Part shown: piece by piece, positions 47,690-57,098 of the stretch
Position numbering within the stretch: the stretch's first letter is position 1
How the letters are laid out: every line of letters starts with the position of its first letter
Source of the DNA: a bacterium
Lineage (GTDB): Bacteria; UBA8248
Reading direction: 5' to 3'
DNA: 64,000 nt
Assembly: GCA_965219955.1 (NCBI GenBank)
Contig: OZ244799.1
Coordinates: forward strand, 1,152,001 to 1,216,000
Translations under genes and position numbers: made by a program
Notes under the pieces: model-generated
Told to the model about the DNA's origin: nothing
Databases searched by the model: none
Seen by the model: only the letters and a program-made list of their open reading frames with translations

Positions 47690-47899
47690 ATGGGAAAGAA
47701 AAAGAAGAAGAAAAAGACGGAGCAAAAAGTGATCGTGTATCGCTCGGGGGTTTTGAACCACGAGGACGCGGATAGATTCGAGAAGGCGTGCGAGGCATAT
47801 CTCAAGAAAGTTACGAAAACGAAGGAAACCGCACAAAAAGCCTTGCAAAAACTGGGGATCTACACGCCAACCGGACGCATCGCCAAACGATACAGGTAG
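47690..47899 (+). CDS. Small Lys-rich hypothetical protein (candidate antitoxin)
   Basis: 69 aa; ends 3 nt before the next gene; C-terminal AQKALQKLGIYTPTGRI. Confidence 0.65.
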   Translation: MGKKKKKKKTEQKVIVYRSGVLNHEDADRFEKACEAYLKKVTKTKETAQKALQKLGIYTPTGRIAKRYR

Positions 47900-47902
47900 A
47901 AA

Positions 47903-48490
47903 TTGCACCGTCTTGCGACGTCTTTCGTGCTCGGATACCACGGGTGCGACAAGTCCGTGGCAGAGCGGCTTCTCGCCGGTGAACCGTTTCAAAAAAGTAA
48001 AAACAATTACGACTGGCTCGGTCCCGGAATCTACTTCTGGGAAGCCAACCCCCTCCGTGGTCTTGAATTCGCGGCTGAAGTGCAGAGCACTCTCTGGGGT
48101 TCTGATATCACGACCCCTGCGGTTATCGGCGCGGTTATCGATCTAGGGCTTTGCCTTGATCTGACGACCTCAGAGGGCATCAGGCCAATTCAGGCCGCCT
48201 ACGCAACATATATTTCTAATTGCGAAATCGCAGGATATGAACCCTTAATAAACTCGCCGGATGTGCACCAACTTCAACGGCCGTTAGATTGCGCGGTATT
48301 CGCACAGTTACATGAAATCCGAAAAGACAACATAGAACAACCTATAGACACTGTGCGCGGGGTCTTCGTGGAAGGTGAGCCGGTATATGATGGAGCCGGC
48401 TTCCGCGCGAAGACCCATATCCAGATATGCGTCTGCAACATCTCCAGCATCAAGGGCGTGTTCCGGGTGCCGGAGGAGCAACTGGTCTAG
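47903..48490 (+). CDS. Hypothetical protein with ADP-ribosyltransferase-like motifs
   Basis: GYHGC, WLGPGIYFWE, HIQICV; order and spacing resemble the H-Y-(E/Q) ART core; lower GC than neighbours. Confidence 0.6.
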   Translation: MHRLATSFVLGYHGCDKSVAERLLAGEPFQKSKNNYDWLGPGIYFWEANPLRGLEFAAEVQSTLWGSDITTPAVIGAVIDLGLCLDLTTSEGIRPIQAAYATYISNCEIAGYEPLINSPDVHQLQRPLDCAVFAQLHEIRKDNIEQPIDTVRGVFVEGEPVYDGAGFRAKTHIQICVCNISSIKGVFRVPEEQLV

Positions 48491-48627
48491 GGGAGGCAAT
48501 TTCTCCATCGCCTCCCGCATCAACTCCCCTTGCGCATCGCTTCTCCTTGGCGTTATGGTGAGGCTCGATAAAGCAGGATAAAGCGGAAATTGTTCTTTCC
48601 TTTCAATGAAGCAGGAGGAATCGGGGA

Positions 48628-49818
48628 ATGTCGGATAAAGACGTCGTTTTTCTGGGCGGAGCAAGGACGCCGTTCGGCGGTTTTCTGGGCACCTTGAAGG
48701 AGAAGTCGGCCACGGAGCTGGGCGCGCTGGCGGCGAAAGAGGCGATGACGCGCTCGGGCGTCACGCCGGAAGATATCGACCACACCGTGGTGGGCAACGT
48801 CATCCAGTCGAACTCGGACGGCGTCTACATCGGCAGGCATGTCGCGCTGGCGGCGGGCGTTCCGCTGGAGCGGCCCGGCTACTGCGTGAACCGCATGTGC
48901 GCCTCGGGCTTTCAGGCGGTTGTGAGCGGGGCCAAGGAAATCATGACCGAAGACGCCGACGTGGTGCTCGCCGTGGGGGCTGAGAACATGAGCCTGACCC
49001 CGCACGTCATCAGAAACTCGAGAACCGGCATGAAGCTGTTCCAGGCCCCGATGGAGGACGGCCTCTACACGGCGCTCACCGACACGATGGCCAACGTGCC
49101 GATGGGCATCACGGCGGAGAATCTGGCCGATAAATACGACCTGCACCGCGAAGCCGTCGATGAGTTCGCCGCTCTTAGCCAGGCGCGCGCGCACGACGCG
49201 TGGGAGAGCGGGCGGCTGGCGGAGGAGTGTTTCCCGGTCGAGGTGAAAGAGCGGAGAAAGACGATCACCTTCGATCGCGACGAGCATCCCCGGGCGGATT
49301 CGAACGAGGAATCGCTCGCCAGGCTCCGGCCCGCGTTCAAGGAAGACGGCGTGGTGACGGCGGGCAACGCGAGCGGCATCAACGACGGGGCGGCGGCGCT
49401 GGTCATCTCCTCGCGCGCGGCGGCCGAACGCCTGGGCCGCAAACCCGTCGGGCGGCTCGTCTCCTGGGGCGTTTCGGGGTGCGACCCCAAGATCATGGGC
49501 ATCGGACCGGCGGAGAGCAGCCGCATCGCGCTCAAAAAAGCGGGCCTCCAGCTCGACGACATGGACCTGATCGAGATCAACGAGGCGTTCTCCGCGCAGT
49601 ATCTCGCGGTGGAAAAGGAACTCGGCCTCGACCGCGAGAAGACGAACGTGAACGGCGGCGCCATCGCCATCGGCCACCCCGTGGGCGCGAGCGGCGCAAG
49701 GCTCACCCTCACGATTCTCCACGAACTCAGGCGCCGGGGCGGGAAATACGGCCTCGCGGGCGCGTGCATCGGCGGCGGCATGGGGCTGTCGGTTATCGTC
49801 GAGGCGTACGGGGAGTAA
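48628..49818 (+). CDS. Thiolase (acetyl-CoA C-acyltransferase)
   Basis: ARTPFG, NRMCASG, TAGNASGINDGA, NEAF, NGGAIAIGHPVGASG, CIGGG. Confidence 0.96.
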   Translation: MSDKDVVFLGGARTPFGGFLGTLKEKSATELGALAAKEAMTRSGVTPEDIDHTVVGNVIQSNSDGVYIGRHVALAAGVPLERPGYCVNRMCASGFQAVVSGAKEIMTEDADVVLAVGAENMSLTPHVIRNSRTGMKLFQAPMEDGLYTALTDTMANVPMGITAENLADKYDLHREAVDEFAALSQARAHDAWESGRLAEECFPVEVKERRKTITFDRDEHPRADSNEESLARLRPAFKEDGVVTAGNASGINDGAAALVISSRAAAERLGRKPVGRLVSWGVSGCDPKIMGIGPAESSRIALKKAGLQLDDMDLIEINEAFSAQYLAVEKELGLDREKTNVNGGAIAIGHPVGASGARLTLTILHELRRRGGKYGLAGACIGGGMGLSVIVEAYGE

Positions 49819-50037
49819 AGTTTCCAGGTCAGGAAACGCCAAGACGCGCGTCGGAGGTGAAATGAGGAGTTTCATGAGTTGAATAGCCCGTTGCCTCCGC
49901 GTTGCGAAATGCGCAATGGGTGTTGGTTTGAGGCGCGGATTAAATCTGAAAAATAAGATAAATTCAGATAAATTGGCGGGGGTTTTCGATAAATTGCTTT
50001 CGATCACCCCGAACTTCAGGAATAGGATGATAAGTCA

Positions 50038-50820
50038 TTGAATTATAACAACTTGATATATGAAACCGATGGTCCGGTCGCCACGTGCACCTTCAATCGT
50101 CCCAAGGCGCTGAACGCCCTGAATACGGAGACGATGGATGAGCTTGCTCATGTGGTATCTGCGTTCAAGAACGATAACAGTATGAAAGTATTGATATTAA
50201 CGGGATCGGGCGATCGGGCGTTCATCGCCGGTGCGGACATCAAGGGCATGGTGGGGCGCCCTCCCTTGAGCGCGCGATGGCTCTCCGAGCATGGAACGAA
50301 GATTCTCCGGGAGCTGGAAACCATTGGAAAACCTACGGTTGCGGCTGTGAACGGCTTCGCCCTGGGCGGCGGGTGCGAGGTGGCGATGGCGTGCTCGATC
50401 CGGATCGCTTCGACGAACGCGCTCTTCGGCCAGCCGGAGATCAACCTGGGCATCATCCCCGGCTACGGCGGCACACAGCGCCTCCCCCGACTCGTCGGAG
50501 CGGGCCGCGCGCTGGAAATCCTCATGACGGGCGATCCGGTGAACGCCGCGGAAGCCCACCGCATCGGTCTGGTGAACAAGGTCTGCGAGCCGGACGCCCT
50601 GATGGATGAGGCGAGGGCGCTGGCGCAAAAGCTGGCGTCCAAGAGCAAGCCCGCTATCGAATTGATTTTACAGGCCGTACACGGCGGCCTGGAGGGCGGT
50701 CTCGATGAGGGTTTGAGGCTCGAAACGGAAAAATTCGGCCTGGTGAGCAGCACGGAAGACTCCCAGGAAGGCCTTAACGCGTTCATCGAAAAACGCTCCG
50801 CCGATTTCCGGGATCGTTGA
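50038..50820 (+). CDS. Enoyl-CoA hydratase (crotonase)
   Basis: NRPKALNAL, AFIAGADI, NGFALGGGCE, GQPEINLGIIPGYGGTQRL. Confidence 0.95.
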   Translation: MNYNNLIYETDGPVATCTFNRPKALNALNTETMDELAHVVSAFKNDNSMKVLILTGSGDRAFIAGADIKGMVGRPPLSARWLSEHGTKILRELETIGKPTVAAVNGFALGGGCEVAMACSIRIASTNALFGQPEINLGIIPGYGGTQRLPRLVGAGRALEILMTGDPVNAAEAHRIGLVNKVCEPDALMDEARALAQKLASKSKPAIELILQAVHGGLEGGLDEGLRLETEKFGLVSSTEDSQEGLNAFIEKRSADFRDR

Positions 50821-50824
50821 TCTC

Positions 50825-51316
50825 ATGCCCCAAAAGGCCAATTCCACAAAGCGGGTGAAGCCCCGAAAGGGAAAGAAAAACAGCCGCATTTGGAAGACGC
50901 CCGAGCAGAGGCGCCTTGAACGCGACGCCCCGCAAGTCATCCCCATGTACAAGACGCAAAAAGAGCGCCGTCTCGATGAAATCCAGAGGTGGATGGACGA
51001 GAACCTGCCTCCTACCGGCACGCCCGAATGGGAGGCGCTCTGCACCGGCTGCGGGAAGTGTTGCTACGACAAGGTTTGGGAGGACGACAGGCTGCTCTTG
51101 CTGACGAGCGCGTGTCCCCAACTCGAGATCGAGACGAACCGCTGCCGCGTATATGCGGAGCGCTTCGAGATAGAGCCGCTGTGCCTGCCGATCGGCCCTG
51201 AAATCATCGAAATGGGGGGGCTTCCCGAGGATTGCCCGTATGTCGAGAATTTTCCGGGGTATCGGGGTCCCAAAGTCGTCGACAAGAGTCTGGACGAAAT
51301 GCAGGCAATTTCCTGA
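50825..51316 (+). CDS. YcgN/UPF0260-like cysteine-cluster protein
   Basis: EWEALCTGCGKCC, AC..L....NRCRVYAERF, LPEDCPY. Confidence 0.8.
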   Translation: MPQKANSTKRVKPRKGKKNSRIWKTPEQRRLERDAPQVIPMYKTQKERRLDEIQRWMDENLPPTGTPEWEALCTGCGKCCYDKVWEDDRLLLLTSACPQLEIETNRCRVYAERFEIEPLCLPIGPEIIEMGGLPEDCPYVENFPGYRGPKVVDKSLDEMQAIS

Positions 51317-51652
51317 GACTCGATTCATCGCAGGAACGCACGATTCCGCGACGAATCCTCAAATCTGTCCCGTCACATAGCAAGCCCACCATATTTCGTG
51401 TGTTTCACAGCGCCTGAAGCTATCCTGAGTGACGCTTTCCGTGCCATAATCGCCCCTTCAAATTCTGCCTGTGGGAAATTTCTTGAACCGAATCCTGCAT
51501 CCCCATTTTGAGTCCAGCGAGCCGTTTTTTATCGACTCCGGCGCTCGTTTTTCCCAAACTCGCGCGTTGCGACGGCTCGCCTGCGGCGGAGCACGTGCCG
51601 GGGGCGTATGGTGGCAGGATCGGAGATAAGTTGCTCATAGAAGGGCGACGTT

Positions 51653-52540
51653 TTGCTTGACGCCATTCATCCCAACGTATTAGCGCTCTGCTGTGCGGCG
51701 CTCATCGCCTTCGCCCGCGTATCGCAGCGCTATGCGATTCCGCGCATGAAAATGCACACGGCCAATCTGGTGATGGCTTGCGTGACGACCACACTCGGAT
51801 GGTTTTTCTACTGGATGGAGGGATCGCTCGGCCGGATACCCTACCAGGGCGTTTTCTGGTTCATGGCGATGGGTTTTTTCGGGAGTTTTCTGGGCAGGTA
51901 CATCAATTTCGTCGCCATCCGCTATACGGGGCTGGCGCGCGCGGCGGTGGTAAGCCAGACCGTTCTCGTGTGGGCGTCGCTTCTGGCTGTTTTCGTATTG
52001 GGAGAGAGCATGTCGTTCCAGAAGGCGGGCGGAATCCTGGGCGTCATGTGCGGGGCGAGCCTGCTCGTCTACAACCCCAAAGGAGATATCGGCCGCAGGA
52101 TACCGCTCCACTACTATGTGATACCCATGGTGTCTGCGCTGATGTATGCATTTGCGCATCTGGTGGGAAAATTCGCATTCGAGTGGATTTCCTCCTCCGC
52201 TTTCGGGATGGCGGTCGCCAACACGACTTCTCTCACGCTTCTGCTGGGCACGATGCCCTTCGCGCAGAGCCAGGGGGATCCGGGCAAGAATGGTGACAGG
52301 AAAGGGTTTTTCGTCCTTCTCCTGGGAGCCGCACTGCAAGGGTGCGGTATTTTCTTTTTCTGGTCCTCGGTAAAGCTCGGCGAAATCACCCGCGTCATCC
52401 CTTTGACCCGCCTGTCGGTGTTGTTGATCATCTTTCTCTCCTGGCTATTGTTCCGGCAGCAGGAAAACGTGACGTGGCGTGTCGTCGTGGGGGCGTTGAT
52501 TGCGCTTCTGGGCGCGTTCGCCATCGTGACGGGAAGTTAA
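51653..52540 (+). CDS. DMT/EamA family transporter
   Basis: About 10 TM helices; A..VLGE, L.SWLLFRQQE.VT.R. Confidence 0.88.
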   Translation: MLDAIHPNVLALCCAALIAFARVSQRYAIPRMKMHTANLVMACVTTTLGWFFYWMEGSLGRIPYQGVFWFMAMGFFGSFLGRYINFVAIRYTGLARAAVVSQTVLVWASLLAVFVLGESMSFQKAGGILGVMCGASLLVYNPKGDIGRRIPLHYYVIPMVSALMYAFAHLVGKFAFEWISSSAFGMAVANTTSLTLLLGTMPFAQSQGDPGKNGDRKGFFVLLLGAALQGCGIFFFWSSVKLGEITRVIPLTRLSVLLIIFLSWLLFRQQENVTWRVVVGALIALLGAFAIVTGS

Positions 52541-52543
52541 GCA

Positions 52544-53425
52544 TTGCTCGACTTCATTCATCCCAACATCCTGGCGCTCATCGCCGCCTGTTTCATCGCC
52601 TCAGCGCGCACGCTGTACCGTGCCGGCGTGGCGCGCCTGAGCCCGGTTGTGATGAACGTTTTCATGCTTGCCGTACAGCTATGCTTCGGCGTCATGTTCT
52701 ATCACCTGGAAGGCGGCGTGGCGGATTGGCCGCTCGGGGGACTCCTCTGGTTCGCCGCCATGGGCATATCCGGCTCCTTCGTCGGGCGTTACCTCAGCCT
52801 CGTCGGCATGAAGCTGGTGGGGCTGGCGCGCTCTTCCATCGTCACCCAGACAAGTCTCGTGTGGGCGTCTCTGTTTGCGGTGGTTTTTGCGGGCGAACGG
52901 ATGACATGGCTGATTGCGCTCGGCACGCTGACCATCATGGCGGGGTCGATCCTGTTGGCTTACGAAAAAGGCGAGGTTCAAAGACGCATTCCCTTGTATT
53001 ACTACCTGGTCCCTTTGGGTACGGCCGTTTTGTTCGCGATGACGCACCTGTTCGGCAAATTCGGGCTGCAGATTATCAAGTCCGCCTCTCTGGGCATGAC
53101 GGCAGGCAGCATAACGGCGTTTTGCCTCGCGCTGCTTGTCCTGCCTTTATCCGTGGAGGGGAGGGCGCCTAAATCCTGGGATAAAAAGGGGCTCCTGGCC
53201 GTTCTGGGCGGCGCGTGTCTGAACGCGATGGCCGCCTTTTTCTTCTGGTCGTCCATCAAAACGGGGGAGATTGTTCAGATTATTCCCCTGAATCGCCTCT
53301 CGGTACTGCTCATCATTTTTCTGTCCTGGGTGTTTTTCAGGAAACAGGAGGCGGTGGGTTGGCGCGTCGTAGTTGGTGGTTTCTTGTCCGTCGTCGGCGC
53401 CGTCGGCGTCGTTTTGGGCAACTAG
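52544..53425 (+). CDS. DMT/EamA family transporter (tandem paralog)
   Basis: Same architecture; shares LDxIHPNxLAL, RRIPLxYY and IPLxRLSVLLIIFLSW with the upstream gene. Confidence 0.88.
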   Translation: MLDFIHPNILALIAACFIASARTLYRAGVARLSPVVMNVFMLAVQLCFGVMFYHLEGGVADWPLGGLLWFAAMGISGSFVGRYLSLVGMKLVGLARSSIVTQTSLVWASLFAVVFAGERMTWLIALGTLTIMAGSILLAYEKGEVQRRIPLYYYLVPLGTAVLFAMTHLFGKFGLQIIKSASLGMTAGSITAFCLALLVLPLSVEGRAPKSWDKKGLLAVLGGACLNAMAAFFFWSSIKTGEIVQIIPLNRLSVLLIIFLSWVFFRKQEAVGWRVVVGGFLSVVGAVGVVLGN

Positions 53426-53550
53426 GGTTCCGATCCGAACAAGGGCGATGTGGCTGGAAGAATACGGTCTCCCTCGTTTCTCGTTCACAATGCTGATAAG
53501 GTAGGTGTACGAACGGTTTTCGAGAATTCATTTGTATGAGAGGCGGCATT

Positions 53551-54540
53551 ATGGTGGAAGTCGGCATCATCGTGGCCCTGACGCTCAAGGGCACGTATAT
53601 CGGCGACTACGAGAAGCTGAGTGAAATCGCCCGGGAGGCGGAGAGGCTGGGCATCGACTCACTCTGGCATTGCGACCATTTCGTGACGCTCGACCCCGCT
53701 TCCTACGGGAGCCAGACGGGCTTCGGCGCCCAGGATGAGAAGGAACAATCCACCGATACCGCGATTCTGGAGCCCTGGACGACCTTGGCCGCACTCGCGC
53801 GAGACACGGAACGCTTGCGTCTGGGCACGCTGGTTTCGTGCGTGGGATACCGCCCGCCTGCCATGCTGGCGAAGACGGCGGCCACGGTGGACGTCATCAG
53901 TAAGGGCCGGGTGGATTTCGGGATTGGAGCGGGCTGGATTGAAAACGAATATCATTCTTTCGGATATCCCTATCCGAGTGCCGCCGTGCGAATCGAGCAA
54001 CTCGAAGAAGCCATTCAACTCATTCGCGCGATGTGGACCGAATCCGCCCCCCATTTCGAAGGCGGGTATTTCCAGCTCCAAAACGGGGCTTGCGATCCGC
54101 CTCCGGCTCAAAAACCGCACCCGCCGATCTGGACGGGAGGCGAGGGACCGAAACTGCTCGGCGTTTCGGCCCGCCAGGCGGACGGCTACAACTGCCGCTG
54201 GTGGACGCCTGAGCAGTTTCTGGAGAAAAGGCCCGTCATCGAGGCCGAATGCAAAAAGGCGGGCAGAGACCCCGACGCGATAAGAGCGTCTCTCATGGTC
54301 ATGGTGATCCCCGAAAAAGACAGGGCGGTGGCCAGGGCGGCCCGCGAGAAGCTGAGCGTCATCCCGGAATCGGGGAGCGTCTACGGAACGCCCGATGACT
54401 GCGTTGCGCGTCTCAAGGAATATCCAAAAGCGGGCGTGGAGCACATCCTCGTCACCATCCCAGACCTGGATACCAACCCGCACAGGCTGACCCTTCTGGG
54501 AGAAGAGATTATCCCGGCGCTCCAGGCGGGTGGAGGATAA
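53551..54540 (+). CDS. LLM-class oxidoreductase (resembles F420-dependent subfamily)
   Basis: LWHCDHF, LEPWTTLAALA..T.RLRLGTLV, YRPPAMLAK.AATVDVIS.GR..FGIGAGW. Confidence 0.9.
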   Translation: MVEVGIIVALTLKGTYIGDYEKLSEIAREAERLGIDSLWHCDHFVTLDPASYGSQTGFGAQDEKEQSTDTAILEPWTTLAALARDTERLRLGTLVSCVGYRPPAMLAKTAATVDVISKGRVDFGIGAGWIENEYHSFGYPYPSAAVRIEQLEEAIQLIRAMWTESAPHFEGGYFQLQNGACDPPPAQKPHPPIWTGGEGPKLLGVSARQADGYNCRWWTPEQFLEKRPVIEAECKKAGRDPDAIRASLMVMVIPEKDRAVARAAREKLSVIPESGSVYGTPDDCVARLKEYPKAGVEHILVTIPDLDTNPHRLTLLGEEIIPALQAGGG

Positions 54541-54545
54541 CGAGC

Positions 54546-55691
54546 TTGTCTATCGTCACGCAGACGGAATTAACGGAAAAAGAGGCGCTACTCCAGGCAG
54601 AAGCCCGTGAGTTCGCTCAACAAAAGCTCGTCCCCGGCGCCCTGGAGCGCGACCGGGAGGACGCGTTCTCCTCCGAACTTTATAAAGAAGCGGCGGAGAC
54701 GGGGTTCATCGGCGTCAAAATACCCGAGAACCTGGGTGGACGCGGCCTCGGGTTGTTCGAGGAATGCCTCGTCCTGGAGGAGCTGGCCGGTGGGGATCCG
54801 AGTTTCGCGCTCACGATCAGCATCTCGGCGGGCTTGTGCGGCGGCCATTTGCTGCATCATGGCTCGGATGCGCAGAAAGAAAGCCGCATTCCTGAACTCA
54901 CGAAAGGGGCGATAGGCGCGTGGGCGATCACGGAGCGGGTCGCAGGCAGTCATGCGGCGGCTCTCGAGTGCGAGGCGAGGCGGGAAGGGGACGCCTACAT
55001 CATCAACGGCGGGAAAATGTTTGTCACGCAGGGCATGGCTTTTGAAAGCATGGTCATCTTTGCGCGCACGGCGGAGGGAAAAGACGGGATCAGCGCATTT
55101 TTGATAGAGAGGGGAGATGAGGGGCGAAAAAGCGTGCCGCTCGCACAGACTCTCGGGATGCGTTCGGCAGGTACGGCGGAAATCTTTTTCGAGAGCTGCG
55201 AGGTTCCGGCGGAGCGCCTCATCGGGGAAGAAGGGGATGGCCTGCGGCAGGCGATGGGGGTTCTGAACGACGGAAGGGTCGTGCTGGGCGCGATGTGCGT
55301 CGGCATCGCGCAGGCGTCGCTCGATGCGGCGGCATCCCATGCCCAACAGCGCGAGGCGTTCGGTAGGCCGGTCTCCGATTTCGCCGGTCTGCGCGGGCTG
55401 ATGGCCGAGAGCGCCATCGACGTCGCCACCGCGCGCGAGATGGTCGTCGCTGCCGCGAAAATCCGCGACGCGGGAGGAGACAACAGGGAAGAGGTGGCGA
55501 TGGCGAAACTGTTCGCCTCGGAAGCCTGTCTCCGCGTGTGCGACAGAGGCATACAGATTCATGGCGGGTATGGCTACATCGCGGAAACGCCGGTGGGGAT
55601 GTTCTGGCGCGACGCCCGGGTGTTCACCCTCGGGGAAGGCACGAGCGAGGTTCACCGCAATCTCGTATCTCGGTACCTGTTCGATTCGTGA
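54546..55691 (+). CDS. Acyl-CoA dehydrogenase
   Basis: AWAITE..AGS, INGGKMFVT, LGMRS, R.AFGRP, MAKLFASE, QIHGGYGY, GEGTSEV. Confidence 0.95.
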   Translation: MSIVTQTELTEKEALLQAEAREFAQQKLVPGALERDREDAFSSELYKEAAETGFIGVKIPENLGGRGLGLFEECLVLEELAGGDPSFALTISISAGLCGGHLLHHGSDAQKESRIPELTKGAIGAWAITERVAGSHAAALECEARREGDAYIINGGKMFVTQGMAFESMVIFARTAEGKDGISAFLIERGDEGRKSVPLAQTLGMRSAGTAEIFFESCEVPAERLIGEEGDGLRQAMGVLNDGRVVLGAMCVGIAQASLDAAASHAQQREAFGRPVSDFAGLRGLMAESAIDVATAREMVVAAAKIRDAGGDNREEVAMAKLFASEACLRVCDRGIQIHGGYGYIAETPVGMFWRDARVFTLGEGTSEVHRNLVSRYLFDS

Positions 55692-55756
55692 AGGCCGAGC
55701 CTTCGCTTAGAAATAACTTGATAATACGCCCATAACCTTCTGTTTAATAATAAAAT

Positions 55757-56713
55757 ATGAATAACAGAAATAAAATTCAAATTCCCCAGATCCTGGACGG
55801 CATGGTTCGCCCCGCCGCCAGGCTCATCACGCTGGTGGAAGACAACGACCCGCGCGCGAAACCCATTCTGCAGGAACTGTATCTCAAAGGCGGAAAAAGC
55901 CTGGTCATCGGCATCACGGGTCCCCCCGGCGCGGGCAAGAGCACGCTTTCCGATCAGCTGATCGCCCATTATCGCGCCCAGGACAAAAGGATCTGTGTCA
56001 TCGCCGTGGACCCGACGAGCCCGTTCACGGGCGGCGCCATTCTGGGCGACCGCATCCGGATGGGCAGGCACAACACGGACCCGAAAGTCTTCATCCGCAG
56101 CATGGCCACGCGCGGCCATCTGGGCGGACTCGCCCGTGCGACGGGAGACGCGCTCTGCGTCATGGACGCCATGGGCTGGGACGTCGTGATCATCGAGACC
56201 GTAGGCGTCGGGCAGGGCGAGGTGAACATCATGCAGTGTGCGGACGTGGTCGTTTTGCTCCAGACGCCCGGCGGAGGGGACCACATTCAGGCGGCGAAGG
56301 CGGGGATCCTGGAGATCGGCGATATTTTCGTGGTGAACAAGGCGAAGCGCGACGGCGCGGATAGGACAGTTAAAGAAATCGAGGAAATGCTGGATTTCAA
56401 GATCCATCCCGGCGAGGCGGGTGCCTGGAGGCCCCCCGTGCTGAAGACGGAAGCGCTCACGGGCGAGGGGACGGAAGAGCTGGCCGCGCAGATCGAGGCG
56501 CGTATGGCCTTCTTGCAGGAACATCCCGATGAGGCCGGTCGCCTGGGTCGGGAGCGCGCCCGCATCACCCTCGCAGAGGTGATGAAGGAACTCGCGGTGG
56601 AGCGCATGGGGGGTGGCGTGAAAGGCGGGCGGGAGCTGGATGAACTCCTGGACGCGATCGCCGCGCGGAGAGTGGACCCCTACAGCGCGGCCGAGAAGAT
56701 ACTGGGCGCATGA
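55757..56713 (+). CDS. meaB: Methylmalonyl-CoA mutase-associated GTPase
   Basis: GITGPPGAGKST, AVDPTSPFTGGAILGDRIRM, RSMATRGHLGGL, ETVGVGQ, VNK. Confidence 0.95.
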   Translation: MNNRNKIQIPQILDGMVRPAARLITLVEDNDPRAKPILQELYLKGGKSLVIGITGPPGAGKSTLSDQLIAHYRAQDKRICVIAVDPTSPFTGGAILGDRIRMGRHNTDPKVFIRSMATRGHLGGLARATGDALCVMDAMGWDVVIIETVGVGQGEVNIMQCADVVVLLQTPGGGDHIQAAKAGILEIGDIFVVNKAKRDGADRTVKEIEEMLDFKIHPGEAGAWRPPVLKTEALTGEGTEELAAQIEARMAFLQEHPDEAGRLGRERARITLAEVMKELAVERMGGGVKGGRELDELLDAIAARRVDPYSAAEKILGA

Positions 56714-56723
56714 GGAGAAAGCC

Positions 56724-57053
56724 ATGGAGGATGGACGGGCGTTCCGGATCGTGTTGAGCACGGCGGGTTCCGAGGAAGAGGGCGCGCGGATTGCGAGATC
56801 ATTGCTCGAGCGCAAGCTGTGCGCCTGCGTCAATCTGGTGCCGAAAATCCGCAGCCTCTATCGCTGGGAGGGGGCGGTTCAGGATGATGCGGAAGTCCTG
56901 CTCATCATGAAGACCACACGGGATAAATTGGGGGCCCTCTCCGATCATCTGGCGGAAATCCACAGCTACGACGTGCCCGAAGTGCTGGCCCTGGCGGTCG
57001 ACAAGGGCAGCGCGTCCTACCTCGAATGGCTGGCGGAGAGCTGCGCCGACTAG
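56724..57053 (+). CDS. cutA: Divalent-cation tolerance protein CutA
   Basis: LCACVN, SLYRWEG, E.LLIMKT, HSYDVPE, YLEWL. Confidence 0.93.
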   Translation: MEDGRAFRIVLSTAGSEEEGARIARSLLERKLCACVNLVPKIRSLYRWEGAVQDDAEVLLIMKTTRDKLGALSDHLAEIHSYDVPEVLALAVDKGSASYLEWLAESCAD

Positions 57054-57098
57054 CGCGCCTTGTTTCCCCGCTTCGTTTTTTGAGAGGGGAGGCTGTAT

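Noticed and set aside
51653-53425. Tandem EamA duplication
   Set aside because: A real paralog pair, but common; no further signal
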